From Pseudomonadota bacterium (GTDB lineage: Bacteria > Campylobacterota > Campylobacteria > Campylobacterales > Sulfurimonadaceae): DNA of 64,000 nucleotides. Below, in pieces: positions 29,976-38,787 of the stretch. The position numbers and the translations under genes are program-made. Numbering within the stretch: position 1 is the first letter of the stretch; every line of letters begins with the position of its first letter. The notes under the pieces are model-generated. The model saw only the letters and a list, made by a program, of their open reading frames with translations. It made no database searches and was not told where the DNA came from. The stretch covers positions 224,001-288,000 of the forward strand of contig JAZDQA010000013.1 in NCBI GenBank assembly GCA_043797085.1, read 5' to 3'.

Positions 29976-31516
29976 TTACGCAAGCCTAAGAAATAAATCA
30001 TGGCATACAGACCATCATAAAAAGCAATCAACAATGCCAACTCATCCAAAATTCCTGCCATATACAAAGCGGCGAACGTCGAAGAGATGAGGAATCGGAT
30101 GATGGCACTGAGGCTTGCGAGACGATCTTCATCCCCATGCAATCCAAACCAGTGAATCATCCCCGTCCCCATGACAAAGGCAAACACGATATACTCATAC
30201 GTTGCGGTAAACGTAAACCCAAGCAAGCCAAAAAGCCAGCCCCCTGCGATCACAAGAATCAGCCCGCCAAAAGCGTCCCCTAAAAATCCCATCAAATGAT
30301 AAATTTTTAACGGAGTATTGATAGGGATAATCAATCGGTCATAGAGTATTTTTGCGACTAAAACAACAATCATGACCCCGAAAATAGCCCTCATCATCAA
30401 AAATGGCTCAATACTTCCGCCAATCAATCCCGCTTCTATAAGACCGGCGAGAGAAAGAGAGAGTGCCATTAAACTAATTAACAGAGCCCAGAGTGTCGCA
30501 TACAATCGTTTAAACAGCGCCGGTAAAAGATGGTAGGCGATAGAGAGAGCCATAAAAGCAACCCCTAATCCCATGGCGATATGGGCATGTCCCACGACCA
30601 AATCGTTGCGATGTATCAGCGCTCGAAGTTCAGGGATAAAAAGGATATTTCCCTCAATATCGACAAAGATAAACGCCGCAATCGATAGGATGAGATAGGG
30701 ATTTGTTTTAAACTGTACCCCAGCATCCCGAAGCCAAATCCACAGCAGCGGCAGATACAACAACGTCAAATACTGAAAAAACCACTCTTCGTTGTAACTC
30801 AATGGGTGGAAAAAATTACGTATTATCAGTGAAGTGACATATCCCGCCAACGGAATCATCCACAGCCAGTGAAAGCGTGGTGCGAACGCTTTAGGTGCGG
30901 AAAGCTTGATGAGCAAATAATAAATCGGGAGAAGAGCGAAACTCATCCCCAGCGTATTGTCCCCATGAGGGCCTACGAGAGTTTTTTCCACCTGACCGTA
31001 TTGGGGATTCATCAAAACTACCAAAGCGATGGGGGCGGCGATAACCGCTAAAAGCGATACATTCACCCACAGCGGACGTTTTTCATAACGCTTCAGTGCG
31101 TCCAAAAGTGCCAAAAGATAAAACAGCCCGCTAAAGGCGAGGAGAAAGTTCAACTGATAGGGAAAATCGTAAAATGGTAATCCCCGAATATTTCCAAAAA
31201 GAAGCGCCATACTCATAAAGAGTAAAAATACGTTCCAAACGACGAAGTATCGCGCCAAATGTTTCAAACCGTTTTGACTCAAAACACCCTCTTTTTCAAA
31301 CAGCGCAAAAGGCAACAATGAGAGAATAAGCGGGAAAAAACCATACAACATTTGCGAAATATGGAGAGACCTGGCACGCTCAGGGGAAAGCAGGGTCATG
31401 GAAGCATCTAATCCTAACATCTCAACTGCGTACACTAATCCCGTAAAGAGTCCTAAAAAGAGCCAAAACAAAAGAAGAGGGAGATTATCGTTTAAGAATT
31501 TTGACAATTTTTCCAT
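29972..31516 (-). CDS. Divergent heme-copper oxidase subunit I-like (CcoN/NorB-like) membrane protein
   Basis: ARSLH and EG...IHRNDLVVGHAH align with the CcoN/NorB heme-ligand motifs, but the CuB/FeB motifs are altered. Start uncertain (31516 or 31543). Confidence 0.72.
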   Translation of the reverse strand: MEKLSKFLNDNLPLLLFWLFLGLFTGLVYAVEMLGLDASMTLLSPERARSLHISQMLYGFFPLILSLLPFALFEKEGVLSQNGLKHLARYFVVWNVFLLFMSMALLFGNIRGLPFYDFPYQLNFLLAFSGLFYLLALLDALKRYEKRPLWVNVSLLAVIAAPIALVVLMNPQYGQVEKTLVGPHGDNTLGMSFALLPIYYLLIKLSAPKAFAPRFHWLWMIPLAGYVTSLIIRNFFHPLSYNEEWFFQYLTLLYLPLLWIWLRDAGVQFKTNPYLILSIAAFIFVDIEGNILFIPELRALIHRNDLVVGHAHIAMGLGVAFMALSIAYHLLPALFKRLYATLWALLISLMALSLSLAGLIEAGLIGGSIEPFLMMRAIFGVMIVVLVAKILYDRLIIPINTPLKIYHLMGFLGDAFGGLILVIAGGWLFGLLGFTFTATYEYIVFAFVMGTGMIHWFGLHGDEDRLASLSAIIRFLISSTFAALYMAGILDELALLIAFYDGLYAMIYFLGLRK

Positions 31517-32120
31517 CCTCCATTTCAATGATTGTATCGGCATACTCGGCTATTTTTTTATCATGGGAAGCGACCACAAATCCTGTCCCCTCGTGCGAAA
31601 AACGCTTGAACAATTCATACACACCCAACGCATTTTTCGTATCCAGGTTACCCGTTGGTTCATCGGCAAATACCACGGCGGGGCGATTTACCAAGGCTCG
31701 TGCGATGGCAGCGCGCTGACGCTCACCCCCTGAGACCTCATCACTGTAACGAGCGGCTAAGCGCCCAATCCCCAAACTCTCCATCAGTGGCTCAACGCTG
31801 TCTTCATCCAAAGCAGAAAGGGCAATATTTTCCCGCAAGGTCAAATAGGAGATAAGATAATGAAACTGAAACACAAATCCGATGTTGTGCCGTCTAAACA
31901 CATCAATATTTCCTAGCTCGCTGATGCCTTTTTCATCAAAGGTCACTGCACCGCTTGTGGGATTAAGGAGAGTTGATAGGATTGATAACAAGGTTGTTTT
32001 TCCGCTTCCGCTCTCTCCGATAATCGCCGTAAAACTCCCTGCTTCGATGGAGACATCAACGCCGCGCAAAACATGCTCAATCCCATAATAGTGCTCTATA
32101 TTTTTGGCTTGGATTCTCAT
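31485..32120 (-). CDS. ABC transporter ATP-binding protein (LolD/MacB-type)
   Basis: Motifs GESGSGKTT, GFVFQFHYL, SGGERQR, ADEPTGNLD. Confidence 0.95.
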   Translation of the reverse strand: MRIQAKNIEHYYGIEHVLRGVDVSIEAGSFTAIIGESGSGKTTLLSILSTLLNPTSGAVTFDEKGISELGNIDVFRRHNIGFVFQFHYLISYLTLRENIALSALDEDSVEPLMESLGIGRLAARYSDEVSGGERQRAAIARALVNRPAVVFADEPTGNLDTKNALGVYELFKRFSHEGTGFVVASHDKKIAEYADTIIEMEDGKIVKILKR

Positions 32121-33196
32121 GCACCGCCTCGCTGTATCAGCGTCATCGGATCAATACGCGCAGCATAAATAGCAGGGAGTAATGTCCCCAACATTGCCAT
32201 GACAATCGAGACAATAAAGACTTTAAGGGCGAGAGAGAAGGTGATTTCACCGTTGATATACCCTTGAAATTTATCCGCGTGTTCGATCAGCTCCAACACC
32301 CCAAGCGACACCCCAAGGGCAACCGCAAAAGAGAAGAGGGCAATAATCAAGGTTTCCGCCAAAAGCTTTTTGATAATCACCCACGAAGAAAGTCCAATGG
32401 AGCGCATTATCCCAAACTCCGTTTTACGATCATTGACCACCATACTCATCATGCTCACTATTCCCAAAATTCCCATTAAAAATGCCATCGCTCCAATCAC
32501 ATCCGAACTGGTTTTTATAATTTTGAACTGATTATAGGAATCAATAAAACTATCCGTGGTTTTAGCTTCTATATCGGGATTAAGTCCGTTTATTTTTTCA
32601 ATAAGGGGATCGCTTTGAGCCAAATCATCCAAACTTACCAAAAAAATCGAGGCACTTTTATGAAACAATACTCCGCCGTCATGTAAATTCATCACCACAC
32701 CGCCATCTTCAAATCCGATACGGCTTTTAAACACACCGCTTACGGTGAATTTTTGCTTGGAGAGGATGATTGTTTTGGGATGTTTCAGGGTTTCATAGAT
32801 CTTAGAACCCAGTATCACTTCCCCATTTTTTGGGGTAGAACCTTGCAGTAAAGTATAACTTTTAAAACGGTTCTCGCTCACACCATAGATTCCCACAATA
32901 GGTAGAGGTTCGACGGGTGCAGCTCCTAAAATCAAAGCACCTGCCTCACGCACACCCTCTATCCGAACAATCTCATCTACCATGGAACGGTTAATGTCAC
33001 TAAAAAAAGTATCGGCGATCCCTTTTTGTGTGACGATAATATCCCCATCCGTTTTGAGCATCGCAGAGTACATACTCACGACGCCCCCCGATATGGCGCT
33101 AATGAGAAAAATTGCCGCGATAGAGACACTCATGCTCATAAAAATGAGTGCTGTCTTAAAGCGATTTTTCCGAAGCGCTTTAATCGGGGTTATCAC
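32117..33196 (-). CDS. ABC transporter permease (FtsX/MacB-type)
   Basis: TM helix, large periplasmic domain, then three TM helices; motifs DRKTEFGIMRSIG and PAIYAARIDP. Confidence 0.92.
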   Translation of the reverse strand: MITPIKALRKNRFKTALIFMSMSVSIAAIFLISAISGGVVSMYSAMLKTDGDIIVTQKGIADTFFSDINRSMVDEIVRIEGVREAGALILGAAPVEPLPIVGIYGVSENRFKSYTLLQGSTPKNGEVILGSKIYETLKHPKTIILSKQKFTVSGVFKSRIGFEDGGVVMNLHDGGVLFHKSASIFLVSLDDLAQSDPLIEKINGLNPDIEAKTTDSFIDSYNQFKIIKTSSDVIGAMAFLMGILGIVSMMSMVVNDRKTEFGIMRSIGLSSWVIIKKLLAETLIIALFSFAVALGVSLGVLELIEHADKFQGYINGEITFSLALKVFIVSIVMAMLGTLLPAIYAARIDPMTLIQRGGA

Positions 33197-33651
33197 TGAC
33201 TAATTGCCTGTTTTAGTTCTGTTGCGGTAGAGACAAATTCAATTCGAGTAAGGAAGTTACCCCGAAATTTCATCACGGTAATTTTTTCTTCTTGGGCAGG
33301 AAATCGCAATCCTTGTTCTTCATCACGAATCAGCAAAACCGTATGGGCGTATTTTCGCATTTTGGGGAGAGCAAATGTTTCCGTAATAAAATTGGGCATT
33401 TGACTAATATCCGCAACAAATGCGGCATTATTTTTTTTCAAATAGCCCTTATCCAGCGTTGCCAAATACTCATTGACCGTCGCACCTGTCCCTTTTTCAA
33501 ATGCCATAATCAACGTCTTTGGCATCGCTTTAAGTGTGGTACGTTTACCAAACTGATCTTCCAAATCCAAGGGCATAACTGACTGCCCTGTTTTATACGG
33601 CGCTCCAAAAAGGCTTAGTGCCAAGAGTGCGAATACTATAACTTTTTTCAT
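33193..33651 (-). CDS. Secreted Cys-less thioredoxin-like protein (YtfJ/ATP10-like)
   Basis: Signal peptide; motifs LEDQFG and VADISQMPNFI...ALPKMR; AAGGA RBS. Confidence 0.6.
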   Translation of the reverse strand: MKKVIVFALLALSLFGAPYKTGQSVMPLDLEDQFGKRTTLKAMPKTLIMAFEKGTGATVNEYLATLDKGYLKKNNAAFVADISQMPNFITETFALPKMRKYAHTVLLIRDEEQGLRFPAQEEKITVMKFRGNFLTRIEFVSTATELKQAISQ

Positions 33652-33825
33652 AACAATCCTTTCGTTAATTCATCCAAAGTGTACCCTAACAAGGGTAAAT
33701 GATTATTTTTTACGAAGGATACAAAGAGATTATGAATTTTTGATGAAAGGCGAATTAACGGCGATATAAAGGTTAAATACAATAAAATCTCTTTGCACTA
33801 TTTAAACTCAAACAATCAGGTACAG

Positions 33826-36096
33826 ATGAAATTCAAATCAAATACACTATTTCTTATCGCTGCTTTTATTCTTTTCACGCTCGCGGTTACTCTCTTTAGT
33901 TATTATGAATACCGTCAAAATAAAATCGAGCTCTATCATCAAATCGACGAGAAGCTTCTTGCTTCGGCGGAAGGAGCTTCTCTCGTTTTACCTCCTGATT
34001 TTTATAACCGTGCGGTTGATCCTTCATCCATTGCGCAAGGAGAAGATGACTCCAATATTGACCGCTTAAGCCGTTTTGCCAAAGGGCAAAAAGTCGTGTA
34101 TATCTACACCATGATCCAAAAAAATGACACGATTTATTTTACCGCTTCAAGCGGTACGGAGGAGGAACGTAAAAGCGGTATCAACCTCACCCGTTATTTT
34201 GATACCTACGATGATGCGAGCGATGAGCTGAAAAATGTTTTTCGTACCCAGAAAAAACAGTTTGCCGAATATACAGATAAATGGGGAACTTTTCGAAGTG
34301 TTTTTATCCCCATGAAAAGCCAAAAAGGGACCCTCTATGTTATCGGGGCAGATATTCAAATCAATACAATCAAGCAAACCCTTAACGATAAAGCCCTCAA
34401 CCTCTTGCTGCGTCTTGCTGTTGTCCTCGCGCTCACTCTTCCGTTTCTCACTTGGCGTTTACGGCAGCTCAATAGCCGTTTATTGGAAAAAAATGGCACG
34501 CTCGGGCAAGAACTCGAAGAGGGAGAAAAAAATCTCAGGCAGCGGAATATTGAACTTCAAACTATTCTTGATGCCGCACAAGAAAGTATCTGCTTGATCG
34601 ATAAACAAGGTACCGTCCTGACGATCAACAGTACGGCTGCCCATAGACTGGGGAAAACGCCCTCAGAAATGATGGGAAAATGCGTTTATGATTTTTTCCC
34701 TTCAGAAGTAGCGCAACAACGACGTATCAAGATAGAACAAATATTTAGTACCGGTATCGGAATAAACGTTGAAGACAGCCGAGAGGCGATGTTCTTTTCC
34801 ATCAATTACTATCCTGTCTTCGATAGAAACAATCAAGTAGAATCTGTTGCGGTATTTGCACGAGACATCACCGAGCAAAAACGCGCCAATGAACGTATCC
34901 AGCACCTCGCAACGTTTGATTCTCTCACCGGATTGCCCAACCGTCAAAAGCTCTTGCAGGATTTAGAACAGCATCAACCCAACGGATGTGCAATCTTTAA
35001 CATTGACAATTTCAAAGAGATCAACGATTTTTTCGGAATCGCGGCAGGTGATACGCTACTTTGTACTGTGGGTGACTGGTTTAAAACAATGGGCTTTTCC
35101 CCCTACAGAATCGGAGGGGATGAATTTGCCATTTTATTTTATGAAACGATGACTCAAAACAAACTATACAGTCGCATTACCGCGCTCATGTCTGCACTGG
35201 ATGAAGAACGCTTTCTTGTCGAAAATGAAACACTCGATGTTCATATGAGTACCGGAGCGGCACTGGGTACGCATAAACTTCTCACCCGTGCCGACATCGC
35301 ATTGCATAGGGCTAAAGAGCAAAAAATTCCGATCGCTTTTTACGAAGAATCTGAAAATGTAGAAAAACAATATCATAGCAATATCGCCATGACAAGCACC
35401 ATCCGCAAAGCATTAGCAGGAGGACGTATTCTCTGCCATTATCAGCCTATTGTCACAATTTCGACAGGGAAGATTGAGAAGTATGAGACGCTAGTGCGAA
35501 TGATTGATGAAGAGGGGACTCTTATTATGCCGCTGCAATTTCTGCCGATTGCCAAAAAAACAAAACTTTATCCCCGCATTACCAAAGAGGTCATTCATCA
35601 AGCGTGCCATCTCTTCAGCAACCGCACTGAAGAGTTTTCTGTTAATATCTCGATGTATGATATTCATGATTCTTCTACGCTGCAAGAGATTATTACCACC
35701 ATTACACAAACAGGGACAGCATCTCGAATTGTTTTTGAAATTCTAGAATCGGATGGGATTGAAAACTATCAAGAAGTGGCTCAATTTATCAGCAAAGTCA
35801 AATCACTTGGAGCCAAGATCGCCATCGATGATTTCGGGACAGGGTATTCCAATTTTGAGCATATACTCAAGCTCGATGTGGATTACATCAAAATCGACGG
35901 TTCACTGATTCGGGAAATCACAGATAATCCACGGCACCGCATCATCGTTGAAACGATTGTCGATTTTGCGCAAAAAATTGGGGCGAAAACCATCGCCGAG
36001 TTTGTCAGTGATGAGACGATATACACTACGATCAAAGAGATTGGAGTCGATTATTCCCAAGGATATTATACCGGCAAGCCAGAGCCGCTTCAGTAA
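33826..36096 (+). CDS. Periplasmic sensor-PAS-GGDEF-EAL protein
   Basis: Two TM helices flank a YIYTM...YTDKWG sensor; PAS ending ARDITEQK; RIGGDEF; ETLVR and DDFGTGYS. The ATG at 33826 is preferred over the TTG at 33793. Confidence 0.92.
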   Translation: MKFKSNTLFLIAAFILFTLAVTLFSYYEYRQNKIELYHQIDEKLLASAEGASLVLPPDFYNRAVDPSSIAQGEDDSNIDRLSRFAKGQKVVYIYTMIQKNDTIYFTASSGTEEERKSGINLTRYFDTYDDASDELKNVFRTQKKQFAEYTDKWGTFRSVFIPMKSQKGTLYVIGADIQINTIKQTLNDKALNLLLRLAVVLALTLPFLTWRLRQLNSRLLEKNGTLGQELEEGEKNLRQRNIELQTILDAAQESICLIDKQGTVLTINSTAAHRLGKTPSEMMGKCVYDFFPSEVAQQRRIKIEQIFSTGIGINVEDSREAMFFSINYYPVFDRNNQVESVAVFARDITEQKRANERIQHLATFDSLTGLPNRQKLLQDLEQHQPNGCAIFNIDNFKEINDFFGIAAGDTLLCTVGDWFKTMGFSPYRIGGDEFAILFYETMTQNKLYSRITALMSALDEERFLVENETLDVHMSTGAALGTHKLLTRADIALHRAKEQKIPIAFYEESENVEKQYHSNIAMTSTIRKALAGGRILCHYQPIVTISTGKIEKYETLVRMIDEEGTLIMPLQFLPIAKKTKLYPRITKEVIHQACHLFSNRTEEFSVNISMYDIHDSSTLQEIITTITQTGTASRIVFEILESDGIENYQEVAQFISKVKSLGAKIAIDDFGTGYSNFEHILKLDVDYIKIDGSLIREITDNPRHRIIVETIVDFAQKIGAKTIAEFVSDETIYTTIKEIGVDYSQGYYTGKPEPLQ

Positions 36097-36102
36097 ATCG
36101 TT

Positions 36103-37218
36103 TTATTTATGCGTAATTGTCTTCAACATTTTTTCGATCTCGCCGTGCTGTTCGAGCGTTAGAACAAAACTTTCATCCATCATCTTGTCCAAATGGTTCA
36201 TCTCGGTGAGGGTAATGCCTAACGGATCTTTTTTCGCTACTTTAGCAATACCTGAAGTTACGGTGATATTATCGAGTTTTTTACCCGAATGTCGGACAAA
36301 ATAAGTGAGAAAATAACCGCCCGTATGATCTTTTTCAATGGCGACAACCGCCCGCTTAGCCTGAGAATTTTCAAACTGCACGCTTGGGACAATAGCGTTA
36401 AAATCCTCTATACTTACATATCCGATGTAGACTTTAGTATAAATATCGTGATAACGCTGGGTCGCACTTTTTCGGAAAAAATCCCAATTGATGGGTTGCC
36501 CTCCCCGAAGAGAACGCAGCATCCATGATAACGTCGCATAGTATTTAAAGGATGCGATTTTAATCTCTTCTGCGTGAGCAATCTTATCACTCTCGATACG
36601 TACCATCGGTGCTTTTGGTGCATTGGTACTGAGACTCTCCAAGAGATGCTGTGCACTGTACGCTTCCGTAAACCATACGCTGGCATACGGAGGCAAATCG
36701 TTCGTTCCTGTTGCACCTTCGTTGAGAACTAAAACCGCTCTGACGTTATAACGAGGAAATAACACTTCCAAAAGTGCCCGTTTCTTACGAAGCCGTTTTT
36801 TGAGACTCGTTGCCGATTTCACCAACGTCATTTCCATAAAATAGAGTTCTTTGTCGGTAAAAAGAAGCCCGTCAAATTCTCCGATTTCCTTGTGGCGGGC
36901 ACGGTAAATAATCTGCCCTTTCCAGCTTACAGAGAGAGCATCGCTTTGGGCATGAGTACGATTTTTGTGCGGTCCTTTAATAATGAAACTTTTGATTTCA
37001 GGCTCATTTGCCGCGTAACGGAGAAGTTTTTCGTAGATGTAGTTCTCATACACTTCTCCCTCAAACGAACGAAAAGCACTGACATACGATTCATCTTCCA
37101 TCGTCTGCCCTTTGGCTTGGAGCGAGAGTAAATGAGCGATATTGTAGTCGTAATAGAGGAGATTATCGCCTAAATCAGCGTCCCCATTGGGAATCACCTT
37201 GGAATTAATGGTTAACAA
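36103..37218 (-). CDS. Hypothetical protein, possible PD-(D/E)xK nuclease-like fold
   Basis: Pattern GEVYE helix ... GEFDGLL ... YFMEMT; TTG start with AAGG RBS. Confidence 0.55.
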   Translation of the reverse strand: MLTINSKVIPNGDADLGDNLLYYDYNIAHLLSLQAKGQTMEDESYVSAFRSFEGEVYENYIYEKLLRYAANEPEIKSFIIKGPHKNRTHAQSDALSVSWKGQIIYRARHKEIGEFDGLLFTDKELYFMEMTLVKSATSLKKRLRKKRALLEVLFPRYNVRAVLVLNEGATGTNDLPPYASVWFTEAYSAQHLLESLSTNAPKAPMVRIESDKIAHAEEIKIASFKYYATLSWMLRSLRGGQPINWDFFRKSATQRYHDIYTKVYIGYVSIEDFNAIVPSVQFENSQAKRAVVAIEKDHTGGYFLTYFVRHSGKKLDNITVTSGIAKVAKKDPLGITLTEMNHLDKMMDESFVLTLEQHGEIEKMLKTITHK

Positions 37219-37291
37219 ATAGAGCCTTTTTGGATGTTTCTAGGCACATTTCTCTAATGCCCACAGTATTTTAGCGAAAATATGGGGAAGA

Positions 37292-37300
37292 TGTTATAAT
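37292..37300 (+). promoter_or_regulatory. Extended -10 promoter, probably leaderless
   Basis: TGTTATAAT ends 6 nt before ATG 37307, with no Shine-Dalgarno in between. Confidence 0.65.
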
Positions 37301-37306
37301 TCCGGC

Positions 37307-37906
37307 ATGCAACCATTCACCCCAACCGATGATCAGATTCGCACCCAGTTTGTCACCTCTTTGATGAACTATTTCAAAATAGATGAAGATGTGTTCTTAC
37401 GCTCTCATATCGATGAGCTCATCCGTCCCATCAGCACAGCTCGTTACAGTGAGTTTTTGCGTCGTCTTTCCAGTCGTGATTTTACGTATAAAACGGGAAT
37501 TGAAAAAATTTCTCTTATCGCTCACGAACTGTATGAAGAACAGCTCTCTCCTTTGGAGATGCAAGCGCATGAGCGAACGCAAAAGCTGTATGCACTCATG
37601 TATGATTTGCGTCGAAACATCACGGAAATCAAAAACAGCGAAAGCAGTGCTGCCCAACGATTCGAAAATGTCCGTTTTACCTCGATCAAACATGCCGACT
37701 CCACCGAACCTCTTTTGGATTCACTGGACATTGACGTTATTCGAATTCTCACAAAACGATGGATTTACGATTATGTTGCGAATGATCGCGGACTATTTGA
37801 AGCACGAGTGGAACACGAATACCTCAACTTGTTAATCGAACAAGAACGATTGGCAAGACAGCCTCTCATCGCGAAAACCACCAAAAAAGCGCTAAAATGC
37901 TCATGA
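37307..37906 (+). CDS. Hypothetical soluble helical protein
   Basis: 199 aa ORF behind a clear promoter; overlaps the next gene. Confidence 0.7.
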   Translation: MQPFTPTDDQIRTQFVTSLMNYFKIDEDVFLRSHIDELIRPISTARYSEFLRRLSSRDFTYKTGIEKISLIAHELYEEQLSPLEMQAHERTQKLYALMYDLRRNITEIKNSESSAAQRFENVRFTSIKHADSTEPLLDSLDIDVIRILTKRWIYDYVANDRGLFEARVEHEYLNLLIEQERLARQPLIAKTTKKALKCS

Positions 37907-38787
37907 TAGCCATCCCCTCTTCTCTCATCGACCGTAATGATTTGAGCCTCTTAGAACGCGCGCTTCTTCCTCTGATTATTCGCCACGGTCTCATTTGGGG
38001 AGATAAACCAAAAGCTCTCTCTGCCTCATTTTTAGCCGAACTTTTACGCCACAGTCCTCGTGAAGTGGTCGAAGCACTGGATGCATTGGTAACAAAAAAA
38101 ATACTCAAAACAACCCGTGAAAAAACGGCGAACGGCGTGATGATCCTCTACGTCCTTGAGCCCATTGCTGCTTCCATTGCAAGCCCTTCTTTGGCACTTA
38201 CCGCATCGCAGTACACCGACAGCAACTATTATCTCAACCTCTCCAACGATTTTTTCGAAGAACTCCACGCCTATGCGCTCGAAGTATGTGATCGAGAGGG
38301 TCTGCGACGGGAGCTGTTTGATGATTTCAATCTCTATCAACGCTCGCAAAACCGCCGATCGTTTGACTGGTTTGCCGAGTTTGAGCGGTGGTGTCGCCGT
38401 GAAGTAAGCTCCAATGCACCCGCAATCGCCAATCCAAAGCAAGTCGAAGAGACAAAGCCAAGCACTCAAGAATTCGAGATGGCGCAGTATTTTATCCGTC
38501 GTCTCTCCTCCATCGACCCGCAGTTCCAAGAGCCGTTTGATGTGATGAGCTGGGCTGCACAGATTAAACTTTTGAGTGACACAGGAGGGTATTCCCTGCT
38601 TGAAATCAAGGCAGGAATTGATTGGCTCTTTAGCAGTAAAGGAGACTGGTTCCGTCCCAATGTCCCTGATGCCTATCATTTGAGAAAACACTTCAAACGG
38701 CTCATCTCTAACACCCGAAGTTTCCGAGACGGAGAGACAAAACTCCCCGATGGCATCAATATTTTCGATATTATCGGGCGGGAATAA
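37897..38787 (+). CDS. Phage-type replication-initiator-like protein (wHTH, DnaT-like segment, phage-rep C-terminal domain)
   Basis: Motifs LAELLRHSPREVVEALDALVTKKIL, FDDFNLY...DWFAEFERWCRR, and IDWLF...WFRPNV...HLRKHFKRL. Confidence 0.55.
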   Translation: MLMIAIPSSLIDRNDLSLLERALLPLIIRHGLIWGDKPKALSASFLAELLRHSPREVVEALDALVTKKILKTTREKTANGVMILYVLEPIAASIASPSLALTASQYTDSNYYLNLSNDFFEELHAYALEVCDREGLRRELFDDFNLYQRSQNRRSFDWFAEFERWCRREVSSNAPAIANPKQVEETKPSTQEFEMAQYFIRRLSSIDPQFQEPFDVMSWAAQIKLLSDTGGYSLLEIKAGIDWLFSSKGDWFRPNVPDAYHLRKHFKRLISNTRSFRDGETKLPDGINIFDIIGRE

